A stretch of 64,000 bases of DNA from a virus. This document shows, piece after piece, positions 59,410 to 64,000 of the stretch; the stretch's first letter is position 1; each line of letters opens with the position of its first letter. Below the pieces are notes generated by a model that saw only the letters and a list, made by a program, of their open reading frames with translations, did not search any database and was not told the origin of the DNA. The stretch spans positions 1 to 64,000 of the IMG/VR virus record IMGVR_UViG_3300045988_142996; one strand, given 5' to 3'. Position numbers and translations under genes: made by a program.

Positions 59410-60156
59410 GAACGGCTGTCCCGGCTCATAATTTTCCCAATCCTTCACAGGATCGGCCCAAGGGCTGAAGTAATATACTGTCAGGCCATCGTCTGTTTTC
59501 TGTTCATCGCATTCCACATCCAGCCAGAAGTATTCCCATTCATCCACCATCTGGTCGATGCACCAGCCACGCGATTCCGGATCTGGCTGATAATCAAGAC
59601 CCAGCAATTCGCACCATGCTTCAAGCGAAACACCACCGTCCAGAGCCAACTTCTTGTTCAACATATAGGCAGCTTCATAAACTTGAGCCATCGTTGCATT
59701 GAAATATCTTTTCGTGTACGGCTCGTAAAAGAGCTTTATCGCATCGCCATTTTTGTCAAGAGGCATTTCTTCGACTTTTCGATGAATATCATGCTCCATC
59801 TCTTCGCCGACCTGCTCTGCTACCTTTTTGCGATAGGCACTGTAGGTCTGCTGAACCGCAATGTATGCCGCCATGAGCTCTTTCTGGGTCTTTTTGTTCA
59901 GGCAGTTCGAGCCCATAATGCAGGCAATCGTGCCAACGCCCACGACAGCGGCCAGAATATAATAACGCCAGCATGTCTCGACCGTTTCCTTCCTGGTCAT
60001 GGGTTCATTTTGGTTCAGGTCGATCAGGCTTTGTGCCTTCGTAGTAGCTTTTGCCGTCTCAACAGCCGTCACCACCACGCCTGCAGCAGCGACCACAGAC
60101 AGGATCGTTGCGCCGTGCTTGCTGATGTACGAGACAATCTTTTTGCTCAGTTTCAT
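59407..60156 (-). CDS. Membrane-anchored protein, paralog 3 of 3 (249 aa)
   Basis: The start was set at MKLSKKIVSY behind AAAGGAG. It contains HGATILSVVAAAGVVVTAVETAKATTK ... KKTQKELMAAYIAVQQTYSAYRKKVAEQVGE. Confidence 0.7.
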   Translation of the reverse strand: MKLSKKIVSYISKHGATILSVVAAAGVVVTAVETAKATTKAQSLIDLNQNEPMTRKETVETCWRYYILAAVVGVGTIACIMGSNCLNKKTQKELMAAYIAVQQTYSAYRKKVAEQVGEEMEHDIHRKVEEMPLDKNGDAIKLFYEPYTKRYFNATMAQVYEAAYMLNKKLALDGGVSLEAWCELLGLDYQPDPESRGWCIDQMVDEWEYFWLDVECDEQKTDDGLTVYYFSPWADPVKDWENYEPGQPF

Positions 60157-60172
60157 TGTTGTTCTCCTTTTA

Positions 60173-60523
60173 TCAATGATGGGTTCTCCAACGGTTTCGG
60201 TTTGATGCATTCACAATGCCTCTCGGATATCCAACCATAAGACAGGCCGGCACAGCGTCATTGCGCAGAAATATCCGTCCCGCCCTCTCATGAACTCCGA
60301 GGGCGAGCTTGTTGGCATCAATAAAATCCCGGATGCCTGCAACGATCGCGCGGCTGTTGGGCCGATCCTGTTCATTCAGTACAACTTCCATAATGAACGC
60401 TCCACTGTAAACAAATTCGCTGACAATGCTGCGAACATCCACCTTGTCAACTTTTTGCTTTGGCTCATAGGAAGCATTGTACATTGCCGTGAATTCTTCC
60501 GAGCTGATGCTTTTCAGTTCCAT
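60173..60523 (-). CDS. Hypothetical protein (116 aa)
   Basis: The start was set at MELKSISSEEF behind AAAGGAG. Confidence 0.55.
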   Translation of the reverse strand: MELKSISSEEFTAMYNASYEPKQKVDKVDVRSIVSEFVYSGAFIMEVVLNEQDRPNSRAIVAGIRDFIDANKLALGVHERAGRIFLRNDAVPACLMVGYPRGIVNASNRNRWRTHH

Positions 60524-60534
60524 GATTGCTCCTT

Positions 60535-60759
60535 TCACAGCACACCGGCCTTCGACAAAATATCAATCAGGGCTTCCTGGGTCATTTCGGCGTCGATATC
60601 CAAGTGTACTCTGACCATTTTAGTTTTGTCTGTGTAGTTTACCCGAAGGTCGTTCAGCTGAACGAGGGCGTCGATTCCCTGCTTTTTGATTGCTTTGCCT
60701 ACTGCTGCCGAAACCAGCCGGCGCAAAAATCCAGATTGAATGTGCATAATGTCCTCCAT
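60535..60759 (-). CDS. Hypothetical protein (74 aa)
   Basis: RBS AAAGGAGAACC upstream of the ATG. Confidence 0.55.
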   Translation of the reverse strand: MEDIMHIQSGFLRRLVSAAVGKAIKKQGIDALVQLNDLRVNYTDKTKMVRVHLDIDAEMTQEALIDILSKAGVL

Positions 60760-60810
60760 GATGGTTCTCCTTTCAAAGTTAAAAATAAAAAAGGCAGAGG
60801 GCGAATCTTT

Positions 60811-60996
60811 TTAGAATTCGTACTCTTCCTGATTTGCTTTCTGAATTTTCTTCAGTTCCTTGCGCTCCTTCCACTTCTCCCATGCCACAATGCCGCCGAT
60901 GAGTGCGCAATACACTCCGGCGACAACGCCACACAGTTTGAAGTAAGTACCCCAAGTCCACTGCTTGTTCATAAAGTTCTTAATTGCTTTCATCAT
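60811..60996 (-). CDS. Small membrane protein (61 aa)
   Basis: The start was set at MMKAIKNF behind AAAGGAG, downstream of motif J. TM segment CGVVAGVYCALIGGIVAW. Confidence 0.5.
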   Translation of the reverse strand: MMKAIKNFMNKQWTWGTYFKLCGVVAGVYCALIGGIVAWEKWKERKELKKIQKANQEEYEF

Positions 60997-61030
60997 AGTA
61001 ATTTCTCCTTTCAATGTAAGCCCTCTTACC

Positions 61031-61059
61031 TTCATAAAGCATCGTGATTTTTTCGCGTT
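61031..61059 (-). promoter_or_regulatory. Class-1 promoter-like motif, copy J
   Basis: Minus strand reads AACGCGAAAAAATCACGATGCTTTATGAAGG. Confidence 0.55.
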
Positions 61060-61063
61060 TGGT

Positions 61064-61098
61064 AAAAAGAAAAGAGCCTACGATTTCTCGTAAGCTCT
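61064..61098 (-). terminator. Rho-independent terminator
   Basis: Minus strand reads AGAGCTTACGAGAAATCGTAGGCTCT followed by TTTCTTTTT. Confidence 0.7.
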
Positions 61099-61146
61099 TT
61101 GAGATAAGGCTAAATATCAATTCGTGTACCGGTTTCCGTTAAATCC

Positions 61147-61278
61147 TTAGTTCTTCGACGGCCGGAACAGTCCCACCAGAACCCAGATGACCAGACCAAT
61201 TGTCAGTCCGATCACTGCGGTCACAATGACCTGCCCAACCGTTACGCTCGTATTCCAGATTTTCTTCAAAATATCCAT
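61147..61278 (-). CDS. Possible 43-aa TM peptide (below the ORF-track cutoff)
   Basis: AAGGAGAAGTACG-ATG. Hand translation gives MDILKKIWNTSVTVGQVIVTAVIGLTIGLVIWVLVGLFRPSKN. It replaces track ORF 61139..61375, which runs through motif K and a terminator. Confidence 0.45.
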   Translation of the reverse strand: MDILKKIWNTSVTVGQVIVTAVIGLTIGLVIWVLVGLFRPSKN

Positions 61279-61306
61279 CGTACTTCTCCTTTTGCTTGGG
61301 CCTTAT

Positions 61307-61335
61307 CCCATAAGACGAGGAGAATTTTTCGCGTA
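61307..61335 (-). promoter_or_regulatory. Class-1 promoter-like motif, copy K
   Basis: Minus strand reads TACGCGAAAAATTCTCCTCGTCTTATGGGAT. Confidence 0.5.
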
Positions 61336-61344
61336 AAAGAAAAA

Positions 61345-61370
61345 AGAGCCTGTGATTCCTCACAAGCTCT
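61345..61370 (-). terminator. Rho-independent terminator
   Basis: Minus strand reads AGAGCTTGTGAGGAATCACAGGCTCT followed by TTTTTTCTTTT. Confidence 0.7.
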
Positions 61371-61378
61371 CTCAAATA

Positions 61379-61717
61379 TCAATTGTCCATTGCTGCTTTA
61401 AATTCCTCCACGGTCATTTCCACACGCGGTGCAGCATCTTCTGCTTTCAGGAGGCCATCCCGCACAAGACCAGTCAAAATATCAATCTCAACCTTGTGCT
61501 TGGCGATTTTCTCCTGCGCTTTCTTTTGCTCACGCTCAATCCAGTCTTTATCAACAGGGCACCATGAGCGACAATCGGGATATCTTTCGTTTCCACACTT
61601 GTTGCACATCATACGATGACGCCCCAAATCCGGGATCTCTTCCTGATATTCTTTAATATAAGTTGTCCACTTTCCGTTTTTCTTCACAGGAACGATCATG
61701 TGAGATGTCACTTGCAT
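61379..61717 (-). CDS. Hypothetical Cys-containing protein (112 aa)
   Basis: The start was set at MQVTSHMIV behind GGGAGG. It contains CNKCGNERYPDCRSWC. Confidence 0.55.
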   Translation of the reverse strand: MQVTSHMIVPVKKNGKWTTYIKEYQEEIPDLGRHRMMCNKCGNERYPDCRSWCPVDKDWIEREQKKAQEKIAKHKVEIDILTGLVRDGLLKAEDAAPRVEMTVEEFKAAMDN

Positions 61718-61806
61718 GTATTTCGCCTCCCTTTGTTTCATTATAGCATGACCGAAACAAAAGCAAAAGACCATGTTTCAGATCTTTTGCTCTTCCAGAG
61801 TTGAAA

Positions 61807-62001
61807 TTAGGAAATCAACGTCTGGTAACGTGCGTTCAGACGCTCCATGGTATCTGCATCAGTGTCAACATAGATGTGGAACTCCATTCGGTTCTTGGCG
61901 TTTATCACGCTTTCAATAACCAACTTGTTGTATCCTTCATCATGCAACATTCTCATGCCAATGCCGAGTTGTCTGTCGCTCTTTGCCAGAAGGCATTCCA
62001 T
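61807..62001 (-). CDS. Hypothetical protein (64 aa); first gene downstream of the IS110 insertion
   Basis: GAGGAGGTGAGAGTT-ATG. On the minus strand its upstream region is interrupted by the IS element. Confidence 0.5.
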   Translation of the reverse strand: MECLLAKSDRQLGIGMRMLHDEGYNKLVIESVINAKNRMEFHIYVDTDADTMERLNARYQTLIS

Positions 62002-62256
62002 AACTCTCACCTCCTCGTATTATAAAAGAGTAGTATTTATAGACCGCTCTCCAGCGGTATGCTACACTGTATGGGATGCTGTGGATTGGTGAACACCTCC
62101 TACCGCAAAGACGGTTTGACGAAGGCTCCAACCACAGCTTCTTTGTTGAAATGTTAATCAGTTAGATACCGCCAGACGGTTTATTTAGAACGAGGTTACA
62201 AGAGCAAAGAAGTCTGTGGTCCTAAGCAGCATTGAATAATATAACGGAGGTATAAA

Positions 62257-63432
62257 ATGGTCTGTGTCGGAATTGATGTTGCCAAAGATAAGCATGACTG
62301 TTGCATTCTCGATTCGGAAGGAACGACCCTTGTCGATTGCTTTACCATTCCCAACAACATGGATGGTTTCAAAAGTCTGCTACAAACAATCCAAGACTGT
62401 TCTCAAAAATCAGACAAAATAAAAGTAGGGCTTGAGGCTACCGGACATTATAGCTACAACATCCTTGGGTTTCTTCTTGACAATGATCTGCCCGTCTATG
62501 TCATGAATCCCTTGCATACCAACCTGTATCGAAAGAGCCTCAGTCTTCGCAAAACTAAAACCGATCGTGTGGATGCAAAAACGATTGCAACTATGCTGTT
62601 GTCCGATGTAGACCTCAAGTCCTACACAGATACAGCATATCACAACGAAGAACTAAAGTCACTCACGAGATACCGATTTGATAAAGTTCAGGAACGCGCT
62701 AAACTAAAGCAGTCGGTGTCCAGATTGGTTACAATCCTGTTTCCGGAATTGGAACAGCTTGTTTCGTCTATCCACGGCACTTCAATCTACGCACTTCTCA
62801 GTGAGTATCCCGGTGCAAAGCAGATTTCAGAAGCTCATCTGACCAGATTAGCTAATATTCTCGTGAAAACATCCAGAGGCCATTACCGAAAAGATAAAGC
62901 TACTCATATCCGAGATGCAGCCAGAATATCCATTGGTTCTGTTATGCCTGCTAAGTCTTTGGAATTAAAGCACACCATTAAGCTCATTCAAGAACTTACC
63001 TCCGAAATCAATGAAATTGAAGATGCCATTCGGAAAATCATGGATGAATTGAAACCGCCGATCCTTTCGATTCCCGGAATGGGATTTCATTCTGCTGCGA
63101 TGATTCTTGCAGAGGTAGGGGATTTTTCGAATTTTAACTCTCCTGACAAAGTTTTGGCTTATGCTGGATGTTCTCCCTCCACATACCAGTCAGGAAAACT
63201 CACAAACTGCTATGCACACATGGAAAAGCGTGGCTCTCGTTATCTTCGATACGCTCTTTACACTGCAACCAAATACGTCTGTTACTGGAATCCTGTTTTT
63301 ACTGAATACCTTACCAAAAAGCAAGCTGAAGGCAAGCACTACAATGTTGCCCTATCTCATGCCACAAAGAAACTCGTACGACTGATTTACGCTTTGCAGA
63401 AGTCCGGTAAAGCATATCTTGCCGTCACTTGA
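62257..63432 (+). CDS. IS110-family transposase (same gene as 135..1310)
   Basis: The 391-aa translation is identical. Confidence 0.95.
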   Translation: MVCVGIDVAKDKHDCCILDSEGTTLVDCFTIPNNMDGFKSLLQTIQDCSQKSDKIKVGLEATGHYSYNILGFLLDNDLPVYVMNPLHTNLYRKSLSLRKTKTDRVDAKTIATMLLSDVDLKSYTDTAYHNEELKSLTRYRFDKVQERAKLKQSVSRLVTILFPELEQLVSSIHGTSIYALLSEYPGAKQISEAHLTRLANILVKTSRGHYRKDKATHIRDAARISIGSVMPAKSLELKHTIKLIQELTSEINEIEDAIRKIMDELKPPILSIPGMGFHSAAMILAEVGDFSNFNSPDKVLAYAGCSPSTYQSGKLTNCYAHMEKRGSRYLRYALYTATKYVCYWNPVFTEYLTKKQAEGKHYNVALSHATKKLVRLIYALQKSGKAYLAVT

Positions 63433-63484
63433 TTTTCTCCAGAGCCTGAGTTAAACCTAAGAACAACTTAGCTGGCGCAGCGAA

Positions 63485-63609
63485 CCCTTGACAAACCGAA
63501 ACATTCAAATGCTATTCTGTTTTTGCGAGGGTTGGCTGGGCTTGCTTTGCTGTTCTCTCCGTCACCCTCGCTACTCCAAGGCCAGCATTTGAATGATGTT
63601 TGTCAGGGG
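63485..63609 (+). ncRNA. Structured 3' arm of IS110 (equals 1363-1487); candidate bridge/seek RNA
   Basis: The same nested inverted repeats as 1363-1487. Confidence 0.35.
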
Positions 63610-63693
63610 CAGCGGATGGTTGGCGGATTTTTTCATTTTAGGGCTTGACTTTTAATAGTTAGTCTTCCATAATAGAGCAAGGTATTTTCGCGT

Positions 63694-64000
63694 CTACACC
63701 TCTTTCCGATCAAACACCGTCTCCCACCTCTCTTTCTTCATCGGTTTCATCCTGATGGCCCACATCAGCTGCCGGACAGTCACCGTCGGATAAAATCCAT
63801 TTTGATTTTTCTTTTTGGCGTGTTCGATAAAATACTCCCGGAATCCTTCGTGCATATAGATTTTGTCCGTCAGCCATGGGTCGATGGGGCCCCAGAAAGT
63901 CGCTCGGCTCTTCTCATTGAATCTTTGCTGGATGACACACAGGCCTTTCCCATGCTCTGCATACAGCGTACAAGTCTGGTACACCGGGTGATTGCATCGG
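63694..64000 (-). CDS. Hypothetical phage protein, truncated by the window end (equals 1572..1878)
   Basis: Identical to the C-terminal part of 1572..1934. Confidence 0.55.
   Translation of the reverse strand, partial: RCNHPVYQTCTLYAEHGKGLCVIQQRFNEKSRATFWGPIDPWLTDKIYMHEGFREYFIEHAKKKNQNGFYPTVTVRQLMWAIRMKPMKKERWETVFDRKEV

Larger units (their letters stand above)
62040..63652 (+). mobile_element. IS110-family insertion sequence, about 1.5-1.6 kb; both boundaries approximate (+/- about 60 bp)
   Basis: It is bounded by the RBS of 61807..62001 (about 62016-62027) and by motif A (63666-63694). It contains the transposase and structured 5' (62132-62219) and 3' (63485-63609) arms. No terminal inverted repeats are seen, as expected for IS110. 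Confidence 0.6.
62123..64000. repeat. Second copy of the wrap-around repeat (equals 1-1878)
   Basis: See feature 1-1878. Confidence 0.9.

Noticed and set aside
61139-61375. 78-aa track ORF
   Set aside because: It begins inside terminator 61345-61370 and spans motif K. A different-frame 43-aa TM peptide with a proper RBS (61147..61278) fits the cassette layout.
135-63432. Two IS110 copies forming a composite transposon around the phage
   Set aside because: The identity extends beyond the IS on the right into a phage gene and runs to the window edge. On the left it starts exactly at the window start. This is wrap-around of one genome unit, not two insertions.

Overview
The window holds one complete unit (period 62,122 bp) of a temperate, siphovirus-like dsDNA phage genome. 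Positions 1-1878 are identical to 62123-64000, so the sequence is circular, concatemeric or terminally redundant. The host is probably a spore-forming Firmicute, inferred from a Spo0A-C-like gene and AGGAGG ribosome-binding sites. Nearly all genes are on the minus strand. Going down in coordinate, and wrapping from 1 back to 62122, the order is as follows. (1) About 58-62 kb plus 1.5-3.4 kb: a block of small early genes, each behind its own terminator-promoter cassette and interrupted by an IS110-family element. (2) 40-57 kb: replication and nucleotide metabolism, including a 1331-aa SF3 helicase / AEP primase / PolB fusion, an SF2 helicase, an SSB-like protein, ThyX, a DUF5664-type dNTP pyrophosphohydrolase and tRNA-Met. 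(3) 40.0-40.3 kb: an iteron region. (4) 35.7-39.9 kb: two PD-(D/E)XK nucleases and a 920-aa protein with an RNAP-type RxPHxG...ADFDGD barrel signature. (5) 35.05-35.46 kb: an inverted-repeat-rich, probable packaging region. (6) 6.1-35 kb: late genes (TerS-like, HNH, fibres, TerL, portal, protease-capsid fusion, tail, 2225-aa tape measure, Tal, Dit, M15 endolysin, holin). (7) 3.3-5.5 kb: integrase, an Xis-like HTH protein and a RinA-like regulator. An accessory island (24.07-26.95 kb) sits between TerL and the portal. It carries a toxin/immunity-like pair and an opposite-strand two-gene cassette of unknown function. The most notable signals are the RNAP-like protein, a 12-copy non-sigma-A promoter-like motif, a strand-specific 10-mer (TCAAAATGGA) found 14 times in the late region in all reading frames, and the TerL-portal island. 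All calls come from reading the sequence and ORF translations and from remembered family motifs. No database search was run.
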